Assembly: GCA_000004695.1 (NCBI GenBank) | Contig: CM000150.2 | Location: 1,696,001-1,760,000 of the forward strand | Direction of reading: 5' to 3' | Origin: Dictyostelium discoideum | Taxonomy: Eukaryota | DNA: 64,000 bases | Shown here: positions 19,072 to 31,068 of the stretch, one piece after another | Numbering within the stretch: position 1 is the stretch's first letter | Layout: each line of letters opens with the position of its first letter | Notes under the pieces: generated by a model | Database searches by the model: none | Told to the model about the DNA's origin: nothing | Seen by the model: only the letters and a program-made list of their open reading frames with translations | Translations under genes and position numbers: made by a program

Positions 19072-19264
19072 TTACCAACATCTATGATGACAACGACAAC
19101 CAATATCGATATCAAGATTAATAATATTTATGTTTCTACCTCCACAACCACAATCAAATCCACCTAAACCACCTAAACTACCAACACCACCATCAAAAAG
19201 AGCAGTAGTATTTTATTATATTATTATATTTATTATTTTTTTTTTACTTACTAAAATTTGTCAT
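19072..19264 (-). CDS. Paralogue of the 17705 gene, truncated and possibly a pseudogene, 2 exons (19264..19252, 19172..19072), about 37 aa
   Basis: It has the same 13-nt first exon (ATGACAAATTTTA|gtaagtaa). The predicted product is [37 protein letters not shown]. The putative intron contains a coding-like relic (…FDGGVGS) that matches the CFDGGCCGS region of the plus-strand copy, which suggests an internal deletion or acceptor shift. It lies convergent with its paralogue. Confidence 0.35.
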
Positions 19265-19766
19265 TGTTTTTTAATTATTTTTTATTTAATATAATTTATA
19301 ATGAAATGATTAATTATTTTTTTTTTAATTTATAGCAAGATAAATTTTTATAAAAAAAAAATAAAATGCCTTTAACCCAATATTTCTATCAATTTATTTT
19401 ATTTTTAAAGAAATAAAAGAAATTCATAAATTTTAAAAATTATCTAGACAAGTTATATAAATAATTAAAAAAAAAAAATAATAAAATAATTAAAATTAAA
19501 ATTAAAAAAAAACATAAAATTAAGATAATATATTTTAAAAAATTTTATTATATTTGTTTTTTTTTTTTTTTGTTTTTTTTTTGAAAGAGATATTAAAAAT
19601 AAATAAAAACACATTAAAGTATATTTATTTCTTTTTTTTTTCTTGTTTTTTTTTTTTTTTTTTTTTTTCTTCTTTTTTAATTAAAAATTTTTAAAATTAC
19701 TTTAAAGAATTAAAGTAATTAAAAAAAAAAATAATAATAATAATAAATAATTAAAAACAAAAAAGT

Positions 19767-21245
19767 TTAATCAAAATAACCTTTTACAATCCATTGTTCA
19801 TCAAATATAACTTGTTGATCAGTTAAGAATTGCCAGAGGATATGAGTATTATTTACTACATTTAATTGACCATAACCCAATTCACCAAAACGAGAAGCGG
19901 ACCAAGATGGAGCTGGTAAGATCCAATTATGATCGAGACCTTCTTGATTACCTGGAGTACCAATAGTGAAATGAACTGTACCACCTGGATATTCATAGGT
20001 ACCAATTGGAGATTGTTGATAGACAGGAACGGTTCTTTCATAGGCATGAGTATGGCCGGCCAAATAGATATCTACATTATAATTTTGGAATAATTCACCA
20101 ATTGTAGACTCGATGAGAGCACGAAGTGTTTGTTTTCTACACCAATCCATTTGAGTTGAACAATAGTATGGACGATGAGCATAAGCAATGACCCAACCTG
20201 AAGGATTCTTTTTTCTATAAGTTTCTAAATCATTTTTAATCCATTGATATTGTTGAGTGAATGGTGCTAAATCGGATTCAGTTGAGTAGGATAAGAAATG
20301 AACACCATTGTAATCATAGGAATACCATGGTTGATTTGAAGAGCCTGGCATATTAAAAGTATTTTGATAGGAATTGAATGAATAGAAAACATCATGATTA
20401 CCTGGTGCTGTCATATATGGTACCTTTGATGTGATTGGTTCCAATGCTTGAAGGAAATTGGTCCAAATGGTTTGATTACCTTGTTCAACTTTATTATAAT
20501 CTGCATAGGCAATATCACCAATATGAAGAATTAATGAATATTTTGAAAGATTCTCTTCAATCACTTTAACTGTATTATTATATCCACCGCCATAACCCAT
20601 ATCAGCATAAACTGCTGCTGTGAATGGTGTAACTTGGAAATTATCTGTTGTTGTTGATTTTACATTTTTACCACTGGTATTGGCAGTGGTGGTAGTTGGA
20701 AAATTGGAAGTTGTAAAATAATTGGTTTGTGATAAAATATTACTAGATGAACCACCACATTGATAATAGTAAGTTGTTTTTGGTGATAAACCTGTTAAGA
20801 CTACAGAATTACTATAACCTTTCCAGTTTGAAAATGTAGTTGATTTACCATTGACAGTGATTACACCATTGTTTGTATTGGCACTATAATTGATTAAATC
20901 AGATTTTGATTCTGAAAATTGAACGATTGCATCACCAATTTTACCATTTGTGAACCAACTAATCATCATTTCACTTGGATCATTAGTTAATGAAATCTTT
21001 ATAGTTTGTGGAATTTGATTAATATCTCCACCTTCTGATGATGATCCGCCACCATTGCTTGTTAAATCGATTTTATTATTATTGTTGTTATTATTACTTC
21101 CATTGTTTTTATTAGCCTTTGATGGTGATGCTGATGAATTTATCTTTGGACTATGGTTTTGTTGTTTGTTCTCGGCTAAACAAACTGAAATTAAAACTAA
21201 AAATACAAATAATAATGTACAATTAATTTTATTCATCATTGACAT
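19767..21245 (-). CDS. Purple acid phosphatase (calcineurin-like metallophosphoesterase) with an N-terminal signal peptide, 492 aa
   Basis: Hydrophobic leader MSMMNKINCTLLFVFLVLISVCLA. The PAP metal-ligand motifs GDIAYADY, GNHD and AGHTHAYER (GDxxY…GNH[DE]…GHxH) are all present. A fibronectin-like N-terminal domain is followed by the Ser/Thr-rich linker usual in Dictyostelium. Confidence 0.9.
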   Translation of the reverse strand: MSMMNKINCTLLFVFLVLISVCLAENKQQNHSPKINSSASPSKANKNNGSNNNNNNNKIDLTSNGGGSSSEGGDINQIPQTIKISLTNDPSEMMISWFTNGKIGDAIVQFSESKSDLINYSANTNNGVITVNGKSTTFSNWKGYSNSVVLTGLSPKTTYYYQCGGSSSNILSQTNYFTTSNFPTTTTANTSGKNVKSTTTDNFQVTPFTAAVYADMGYGGGYNNTVKVIEENLSKYSLILHIGDIAYADYNKVEQGNQTIWTNFLQALEPITSKVPYMTAPGNHDVFYSFNSYQNTFNMPGSSNQPWYSYDYNGVHFLSYSTESDLAPFTQQYQWIKNDLETYRKKNPSGWVIAYAHRPYYCSTQMDWCRKQTLRALIESTIGELFQNYNVDIYLAGHTHAYERTVPVYQQSPIGTYEYPGGTVHFTIGTPGNQEGLDHNWILPAPSWSASRFGELGYGQLNVVNNTHILWQFLTDQQVIFDEQWIVKGYFD

Positions 21246-21290
21246 CTATTATTTTTTATAAATAAAAAATAAAATAAATAAATATAAAAA

Positions 21291-21323
<33 letters not shown>

Positions 21324-21829
21324 AAAATATTAAATAAATAAAATTAATATGATATAAAATAATAAATCTATATTTATATATTATTGGGGGATTATTTTTT
21401 GTTTTTTTTTGTTTTTTTTTTTTTTTTTTTTTTCTTTTGTAAGCAACAAAAATAGAATAGAATAGAATAGAAATATTAAAGGTGGTGTGAGTGGTGGGGG
21501 TGGGAATTATTTTTGAAAAAAATAATAATAATTTGTAAACTATAATATTTTAGTGAAAATTATTATTTTATTTTTTATTTATATTTTCTTTTTCTTTTTT
21601 AATTTTATTTATATTGGAAATAATGAACCTCAGAAGAGAGGAAAAAAAAAAAAAAAAAAAAAAATAAAATAATGATAAAAAAAAAAATAATATAACAAAT
21701 AAACAAATAAATAAATATGAATAAATAAATAAATAAATAAATAATAAAATAAATAAAATAAAAATTGGATGTATATGTTATTTATTTATTTATTTTATTT
21801 TATAGATATTAAAATTGTTTTAAAAATAA

Positions 21830-21865
<36 letters not shown>

Positions 21866-22455
21866 GTGTGGACAATTTTGACTTAATTATCATTTTTAAA
21901 ATAAATAAATAAAATAAAATAAAATAAATAAATAAATAAATAAATAAAATTTAAAAACATACTATTTATCCCCAAAAAAAATATATTTATTGGTATTGGA
22001 TAATTATAATAAATAAATATGTTTTTTTTTTTTTGTTTATAGATTGCTGAAAAAAATGAAATTAACAGTAAAAAACTTTAAGACTTTCATTAATAAATTA
22101 TAACAATAAAAAAATGAATAATTTAAGTTTTTGATTTATTAATTTAATAAAAATAGGTTTTTAATTTTTATTTATAAAAAAATGAAAATAAAAATAATAA
22201 AATAAAAAAAAAGTCTCCAAGAATCATAGATAATTGGTTATTTGAGAATCATTGATAAAAAATAAAAATTCTATGTGCAATGTTAAATATTAAAACGTTT
22301 TTTATTTTTTTATTTTTTTTTTTTTTTTCAGACCCACAAAAATATAATAATAAAAGTAAAAACATCACATCGGTGATTTGTAGGTAGAGAGGGAAAAAAA
22401 AATAAAAAAAATAAAAAAATGAAAAAAAAATGGGTCTTTAAATATATTATATCTG

Positions 22456-22497
<42 letters not shown>

Positions 22498-22559
22498 GAT
22501 GATCATTTTTTTTTAAAATTTTATAAAACATTTATAATAATAATATTAAAACCACATCC

Positions 22560-22700
22560 TATTTGGTGTGTGGTGTGTATAATATGTTTAAAATAGATAC
22601 ATTAGGCTTATGTGTGAATGTGGGTGTGTATTTGTGTTTGTGTATGGTGTGGTTGTTGTTTTGTGTGTGAATGTGGGTGTGTTTGTGTTTAAAAAAAAAA
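22560..22700. promoter_or_regulatory. Duplicated GT-rich (G-box/CA-GT-like) element in the intergenic region 1.3 kb upstream of the purple acid phosphatase gene
   Basis: gtgtgaatgtgggtgtgtatttgtgtttgtgtatggtgtgg followed by gtgtgtgaatgtgggtgtgtttgtgttt. GT/G-rich motifs of this kind are bound by GBF in post-aggregative Dictyostelium promoters. This is a sequence-only call. Confidence 0.3.
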
Positions 22701-23397
22701 AAAAAAAAAGTATTTTAACCAATGATGAAATGTTTAAAATATTTATAAAAATCAATTTAATTGGGTGTGTGAAAATAAATAAATATGTGGTGTGTATTTT
22801 ATTATTTTTAATTGCTTTTGGTGTTGTTATTTAGTTTTTTTTAATTTTTATTTTTTTATTTTTAATTTTTTTAATTTATTTTATTCAATTTTATTTAATT
22901 TTATTTATTTATTTTTTTTACCTTTTTGTATTTGTTTTGATTAAAAAAGTTAAAGGTGTTGAGTTTTTTAAAAAATTTAGAGTTGGCAAAGAAGGTTATT
23001 GTTTTGTTTTGTTTTGTTTTTTTTTTTATTCAAAATTTAATTTTTTTAATATATCTAATAAATAAATATATTTACAAAATATTGAACTTTTCAGTAATCT
23101 TCTCTTTTCTTTATCTTTTTCTCTCTCTTTTTTTCTTTCTTTCTATCTACCCAGTATTGTTTATATTAAAAAAAAAAAAATGAATAAAAAAAAAAAATTG
23201 AAAATTAAAAAAAAAAAAAAAAAAATAAAAATAAAAATAAAAAATATTTTAAACAAAACTCAATCACGAATAAATATCTTTTTTTTTTTTTTTACTTTTT
23301 TTTTTAACGAAAAACAGAAGTTAAAAAAAAAAAAATCAAAAAAAAAAAAGATTTTTTCATAGGAACAGTGATAGGAATTATCTTTTTCTAAATTTAA

Positions 23398-23441
<44 letters not shown>

Positions 23442-23499
23442 ATTTATTAATTTTTTATTTTTAATGGAAAAGAAAAAAAAAAAAAAAAAAATTGATTAA

Positions 23500-24648
23500 T
23501 TAATTTATTTGATTTTGGATTCCAGTTTTTGGTAAAACATCACTTCGATCATTTTCATTTATCTTATTATCTTCTTTTTTTGGTGAATCAATAGAAACGA
23601 ATTCCATTTCACCTTCATCATTTTGAATTTTATCTTGATTTTGATTTTGAGGTTTTTCTTCTTCTTCTTCTTCTTTATTTTCTTCATTATTTATACTTGA
23701 ATTTAAATTATCATTTCCATCACCATTACCATTATTATTATTATTATTTACATTTTCATGATCATTAAAATCATTAATTAATTTTTTTTTTGTGTCTACA
23801 GATAATTGATTTGCTGAAACTGGTCTACCTTGTTGATCAAGACCTGCAGTTATAATTCTTCTACCACTTCTACTTAGATGAACTGTTGGTTCAATTGATT
23901 TATTATACCTGTTACTTTTAGAAGCTCTGCCATTGTTATAAATGTTATCACCACCGTCATCATCGTCATCTTCATCATCATTATCATTATCATCATTATC
24001 ACCATCACCACCACCAATACCACCACCACCATTTAAAACACCACTATCATTAAAAAATAAATTTGTTCTAACTCTACTTGATCTTGGTCTATTGTAAGGA
24101 TCAGCTTCTAATTGTTGTTGTTGATGTTGTTGAATTTCCATAAACTCTTCTTGTTCTTTCTTTTTAAGATTTTGAGATAATAAACGCATTGATTTCCATT
24201 GTTTTGATTCATTCATATCAATTGGTGAACTACCGATTGGAACTTGAGTAAACATAGTTCTCTTTCTCTTTATTGATGATAGTTTACTCAAAACTTGTGG
24301 TAATACATCCTTTAAATTTATACATAACGTTTTTTCATCAGATTCTTCTTTAACCTCTTCAACTTCACCATTTTTATTGATTTCCTCATGAAATGGTTCA
24401 TATTTTTTAATTAATTCTTCCCATTCTTCTTTAGTTTGACAAATAATTTCCCATTTACCTTTTTCATCAATTATATTACCATTGTTATTATTATTTTTTG
24501 ATCTCTTTTTAATACCATTTGAACCTGCTGGCATTGTTAAAGTTTCTTTATAAAGTCTATGATCACCAAAATACCAATAAAATTCTTTTTGATCATTTAA
24601 AATACCCATTGGTAAATTTCTCTTTTTTTTTTTTAATTAATATTAATA

Positions 24649-24736
<88 letters not shown>

Positions 24737-25536
24737 CAATGTTTTTAAAATACATACCAATTTATCAGTTTCATCAGCAGCTATGATTTGTTTAACACTC
24801 TCTAAAATATTTGGAGATTTTGATAAATTCCAATCACAAACTGATTTTAATAATAAAATTCTATTCTTTAATGAAACTTCAGAAAAGAGTGAACTATCTT
24901 CATTGAATGGATTCTCTTCAAAACAATTGAAAAAACTATTCTCTTTATTTAATTCTTGTTTTAAAAATAATTCCCACGTTGTATGACTTTTAATTTTTAA
25001 AAAAAAAAAAATTAGTTTATGTTAATAAATATTTGAATTTGGAAATTATATATATAATAAAACATACTTTAAAGTTCTTGCTTTTGTAACTGGTAATAAT
25101 TCTTTTAATAAAGGTATGAAAATATCACCTAAAAGTTTTATATTATTTTTTGGATTTAATAAAGAACTTTCTAAATCATCAGTTGATATAACTCTGACAC
25201 CTAATGTTTGTTTAAAAAATGTTAAATATTGATAAATTGCAGGAGTTTCCCACATTGATCTTATAATTTCTGTTTCTATATATATATATGTAAGGTATAT
25301 TATAGTTTATTAGTAAATAAAAAAAATAAAAAAATAAAAAAAGGAAAAAAACGATAATAGTAAAAAAAAAAAATATATATTTTACCATCTTCAACTTTAG
25401 TTTTTGGAGTTGAAACAGACCCTCTTAAAACAGGAGTTGTTGGGGTTGATGTAGTTGTAGTAGTTGTTGGATTAGTTGTTGGAGTTCCAGGTGGTGTTGC
25501 TATTAGAGTACTGGCACTAACATCAGCACTTTTCAT
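23500..25536 (-). CDS. DDT/WHIM-domain protein, 4 exons (25536..25386, 25275..25068, 24976..24748, 24621..23500), about 569 aa
   Basis: Exon 2 encodes a DDT-like segment (WETPAIYQYLTFFKQTLGVRVISTDDLESSLLNPKNNIKLLGDIFIPLLKELL). Exon 4 begins with a WSD/WHIM-type motif (EFYWYFGDHRLYKE). Splice phases 1, 2 and 0 are satisfied using donors GATG|gtaaaa, TTTAAA|gtatgt and AAATTG|gtatgta. Intron 3 carries an (ATT)n tract of about 90 nt. Confidence 0.7.
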
Positions 25537-25882
25537 TCTCTTTTTTTATTTTCGTCTGATTTCCAAAAAAAAAAAATAAATAAAAAAAAAATAAAAAAAA
25601 TATGTGGAGAGTGAAAATGAAAATTTGAAAAATTAAAAAAAAAAAAAATGAAAAATAAAAAAAAAAATAAATAAAAAATGAAATAAAATTAAATAAACAC
25701 AACCCAACAATTGTTTTTTCTATATTTATAATTTTATTTTTTTAGGGACATTCTTTATTAGGTTGATTTTATTTATAAAAAACATTTTTTTTTTTTTTTT
25801 TTTTATTGTTTCCTAAATTACTATAACTTTTATTTTAAAATTTTCTTATATACATTATTGATTATTTTCAATCATTTACTAT

Positions 25883-26152
25883 TTATGGTAATTGAGAAAG
25901 AGATTTTTTTGGTGGTGGACCTCCTTGAACACCTGAAAATTTAACAGCTGTTTGTTTATTATAAGAACTATCAGAGTGAGGAGTCCAGACCTTTTCCTTT
26001 TTACCTTTTCCTTCTTTTTGTTGTCTAATTTCCTAAATTTTTTTTTTTTTTTTTTTTTTTATTTTAGTAATTTATATTTTAAATTTTTTTAATATATTTA
26101 ATTTTATATTTACCTCTTCAAATTTATCTTTAAGGTTTTGAGTTGAGGTCAT
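25883..26152 (-). CDS. Small hypothetical protein, 62 aa, 2 exons (26152..26114, 26032..25883)
   Basis: ATG…GAAGAG|gtaaatat, acceptor tttag|GAAATTAGA. Product: MTSTQNLKDKFEEEIRQQKEGKGKKEKVWTPHSDSSYNKQTAVKFSGVQGGPPPKKSLSQLP. It has a basic, charged composition and no family I can recognise. Confidence 0.45.
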
Positions 26153-26230
26153 TTTTAAAATTTATTTGTTTGAATAAAAAGAAAAATAAATAAATAAATA
26201 AATGATTTTATGTGGTTTTGTTTTAAATGA

Positions 26231-26263
<33 letters not shown>

Positions 26264-26621
26264 ATAATTTTAAAAAAAAAAAAAAAAAAAAATTGTTTTT
26301 GTTGGGTGGATAGTACTTTTTTTGGGTTAAAATATTTTATAATAAAAAAAAAAAAAAAAAAAAAAAAAATATCTTGAAATTTTTTTTTTTTTTTTACAAT
26401 AAGTGAAGTAGTTTTTATGAAAATATGTGTCTTTTTTTTTTTTTTCCAAAAAATTTTGTAATGTTTTCTAATTACTCGATAATAGTTGATTTCATTTATT
26501 TATTTATTTTTTTTTTAATAATTTTTTTTTTTTTTTAATTACTTCACCCATCAAAAAAAAAAAAAAATATTTAGTCTCTCATTTGTATCCACCAATTTGT
26601 GATTGTTAACATTTGTTGTTT

Positions 26622-26670
<49 letters not shown>

Positions 26671-26982
26671 AAACACTTTCATCATATTACTTTTAAATTA
26701 CATAATTATTTCCAAAAATAAAGGTATTATTCAAATAAAAAACATAAAAAACAAAAAAAAAAAAAGAAAATACCTTATAAATATTTATAATCCACATATA
26801 TATCGTGTGGTATAAAATTGGAAAATATTAAAATTCATTAATTTTTAATTTCTCAAAAAAAAAAAAAAAAAAAAAAATTAAAATTTATTTTTATTTTTAA
26901 TTTATTTTTAATTTATATTAAATAATTTCAATTTAGATAATAACAAGTAATGGCAGAAAATTCATTAAATTTACCTCAATTG

Positions 26983-27137
26983 ACGGAGAAAATTGTGGAC
27001 ATATCGGTGAACTATCCAAATTATCTTGACATGTACACAAAAAGATTTTTTAAAAGGTGCTTGTGTTAAAGTGTCTTTTTGTGACATGTCCAAAGAGTTT
27101 GGATAGTTAAATGGCGATATCCACAATTTTCTCCATA
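26983..27137. repeat. Imperfect inverted repeat with arms of about 60 nt and a 30-nt loop, forming a long hairpin of roughly 155 nt
   Basis: The left arm cggagaaaattgtggacatatcggtgaactatccaaattatcttgacatgtacacaaaaag and the right arm ctttttgtgacatgtccaaagagtttggatagttaaatggcgatatccacaattttctccat are about 85% reverse-complementary over about 60 nt. The arms are not AT-only. Confidence 0.7.
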
Positions 27138-27391
27138 ATTTTTATTTATATTTTTTTTTTTTATTTTTTTTATCTAGTTTAATCAATAAAATTTAATTAA
27201 TTTCTAAAATCTGATGTTTGTTTTTTTTTTTAATTAAATTCTGCATCTAAAATTCTTATTTCAATATGTAATGGGATCACTTGAAAATCATTTAAAAATT
27301 ACTGATCAAATTATAATTAATCATATTAATATTAATTTAATTTTAAATATTATTTTATTTTATTTTATTTTTTATTTTATTTTTTATTATT

Positions 27392-29879
27392 TTATTTATT
27401 AAATATAACTACATAAATATCATATAATACTGCAAATGTAAAATAAAAAAAGACAGGATAACGTAACATATAAACTTTTTGAGGTAATTCAGCAGGAATT
27501 GGATAATGACCATAATTATTTCTTGAATTTGTAATCATTACATACATTGCCCAACCAGCTATCATATTTAAACCAAAACTTGTGCCAGTTTCCATAATGA
27601 ATAAGAAACCTCTTGGGTTTAAAAGTGCAACCAATAGAATGAAACCAAAGAATAATGTATAGAATAAATATTCTCTAATGGGTATACGAACAATTGCTGA
27701 AGAAGTTTCCCAAGTTGATTGACCTTCTTTTGAATCAATAAAAGAATTTATTAATCTTAGTTTATCATTAAACCAAAATTTAACTTTTCTAGATTGATTA
27801 ATCGATGATTTTAGTATATTTTGTTTAGCAACTTTAAATTTTGTTGAAATTTTTGATCTATAATTTATATTACTACCACCACCACTTGTAATATGTGGAG
27901 AAGAAGGTGAAGATGTTGGATTTGAAGTTGAATGATAAAATTCATTTGTAAAATCTTCCAATTCCTCTTGATCATTTATATCATTATGAATTTGATGATG
28001 GTGGTGGTGGTGGTGGTGATGGTGTTGTTGATTATCGTCATCATCACCATCATAATCGATATCATCATTTTCATCATGATGAGAATTTGATAAACTTTTT
28101 GTTCTCCAAGTATTTGAGAAACCATCTAAAGTATGTTTAAAACCACAACCAACTGAAATGAAACTAATGGTGATTGAAAGGGAGCAGAATAAGTTTACAA
28201 CATTTGCAATCCAAAGGAATTGTGGATAATATAAACTAATGACCTTCATTAAAGGTACTGTCGCAATTTCGCCATTCTTTGCTGCATTTGCAAGTGATGG
28301 CATATTTGGATTGGCTGGGTCTGGTAATTGTGGTATGATATTCAATAAAAAATAACACCAAATAATATTCAATACATAAACTGTAAATAAGGCAGCACCC
28401 GAAACATAATAACATTTAATAATTTCTTTACGAGTGAATACAATCTTTGGAAATACAACTGGCAATGTACTACTCGCCCCGCCCAATGCAATCGTCGAAA
28501 TTAGTAATGATTTTCCAATATAAGAGAAATCATTACTAATATCATTATGAACATGATTCGATACAATACCAGTTATAAATACAATTACAACTAATAATGT
28601 ACCCTTACCAAATGTACAAAATGTAATTACATGTTGTAATGTTTTTGATCCAAAAATAATTATACCTGTTAATATAACAATAACTGGTAAAATTAAATAA
28701 TGTTGCATTGATTCATCAATTTTAAATAATAATGAATATGATTCTGTTCCTGCTAAACCATATCCAATTAAAACTGAACAACTTTAAAAAATTATAAAAA
28801 TAATAAATAATAATATTAATATAAAATTTTAAAAATACTTTGTAATTATAATTTTTTTTTTTGTAAGTTGTATACGATTATAATTACTTACAAATGTAAA
28901 AGTCCAGAAAACATAAAAATAAAATAAGAAAATCTACCCATAAATTTTGTACCAATATTATGAAGATTTGGAGTTTGGTCATGTTGAGTTGGTGGTGGTT
29001 GTTGTTGTTGTTGTAGTTGTTGTTGTTGCTGTTGTTTCTTTGTTGAAGATAACATTGGACTATCTTCAAAACTAACATTACTCTTTTGATCATTATTATT
29101 ATTTATTAATGTTGGTGGAGAAGATCTAATTGATGAATTATTAGATGATTTATTTTTATTATTATTATTATTACTATTACTATTATGATTATTTAAAGAA
29201 TCAGTTGATTCTGATAAATCATTAATTTCATAATTATTATTTGTATTATTATCATTATTATTGTTAATTATATCTGGTGATAATATACTACTTTGAGTTG
29301 GTTCAATTTTTTGTAAATCTAATGATATTGAACCATCAATATCATTATTACTACTACTATTAGAGATTGTTGGTATGGTGGTTGAAAAGTTTGATTTAAT
29401 AATTGCATAAGCTCTTTGTAAAATTTCAATCAAGAAAAACATTGATATTAGTTGCATGAAAAAACATAAAGTATATGAGGACACAAATGGTGTAAAACCA
29501 CTTTGACTTAATTTCACTGGCAATCCAAGAATACCTGTACCCAATACCGATGCTATCACTATAAAATATAAATATGCCATTACTAAAAATGGGGTTTTTT
29601 TATTTTCTTCATTCATATTTTTATCATTATCACTATCATTATTATTATTATCATTATTAATATTGGTTATTTCATTATTATTTCTATTATTTAAAATATC
29701 ACTAAAATCAATTTTATCACTGCTACCACCACCATTAATATTAATTCCACTATTATTCCTTTTTAATGTAGTTTTATTATCTTGACTTTGTAATAATTTT
29801 TTATAGCTATCTTCACCACTATTTGTTAAATTATTTTCTCCAGTAATTATTGAATTACTACCACTTATCTCTTCATTGT

Positions 29880-29912
<33 letters not shown>

Positions 29913-29922
29913 TGATATTCAT
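27392..29922 (-). CDS. Transmembrane amino acid transporter (Aa_trans/AAAP family; SLC38/AVT-like), 2 exons (29922..28892, 28781..27392), about 806 aa
   Basis: A long N-rich N-terminal extension is followed by the first TM segments carrying the family-typical VLGTGILGLP motif. Exon 1 ends CATTT|gtaagt (phase 2) with acceptor ttttaaag|T, giving a continuous frame …SGLLHF/CSVLIGYGLAGTESYSLLFKIDESMQHYLILPVIV. Exon 2 adds about 10 further TM helices and a His-run loop. Confidence 0.75.
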
Positions 29923-30568
29923 TATTTATCATTTCTATTTTTTTTTTTTTTTTTTTTTTTTTTCTTTATTTTTTTCTTTTTTTTTTTTTTATTTTTTGTT
30001 TTTTTTTACAAAATTTCTTAGTTATTAATTAAATTTTAAAAAATTTTAAAAAAAAAAATAAAAAAAAGTGGTTGCAATTGTTTTGTTTTTATAAAAAAAA
30101 ATCTTTAAAACGAAAAAAAAAAAAAAAAAAAATTAAATTAAAATAATTATTTTAATTTTTCACACATGTCATTACTATAAACCAGATTAATTCTTTTTTT
30201 TTTATTTTTTTATTTTTTTATTTTTTTTATTATTTTTTTTTTTTTTTTTTTTTTTTCCAAAAACCCTACAACCTTTGTTATAATAATAATATGTTATAAT
30301 TGGTTAACTTTTTACTGTTTTATTAATTTTTCACACATATGTGGACCCCCAATACTAAAAAGTTTTGTTTTTTGACAAAATTAAAAAAATGAAAGACAAT
30401 AATTCTCAAAAAAAAAAAAAAAAAAAGAATTTTAGATCAAAAATTAATTCTAAAATTTAAATTTTAACATATAATATAAATTCTATTTTTAAATAAAAAA
30501 TAAAAATAAAAATAAAAAATGAAAAAATAAAAAAATAAAAACAAAAATAAAATAATGGGTGTGGCTGT

Positions 30569-30604
<36 letters not shown>

Positions 30605-31068
30605 TTCCAAATCAAAAAGAATCTAATTTTATACTTTTTTCTCAAAACCCAAACAAAAGAAGATTTTTTTTTTTTTTAATATTTTTTTTATTTTTTTTTT
30701 ATTTTTTTTTTATTTTTTTTTTTGACACATGTCCTCATTACAATCTTTTTCTCAATTTTTACGATAAGCAACAAAACGGTTATTTTTTTATTTTTTAAAA
30801 AGTAAAAAAAAAAAATTTTAAAATTTTTCAAAAAAACAATCCTAATTTTTGCAAATTCCGACACCCAAAAGCATATATACATAGAATTCCATTATTATTT
30901 CCTTCTCATGTAATTTTAAAAATTATTATTTAATAAACAAAAAAAAAATCAAAAAAAAGTAAATAATCAATTATAATAATAATAATAATAATTTAAATTG
31001 TAAAAATAAATAAATAAAATAAAATAAAATAATTAATAAATAATAAAAATTAAGATTTTAAATATATA

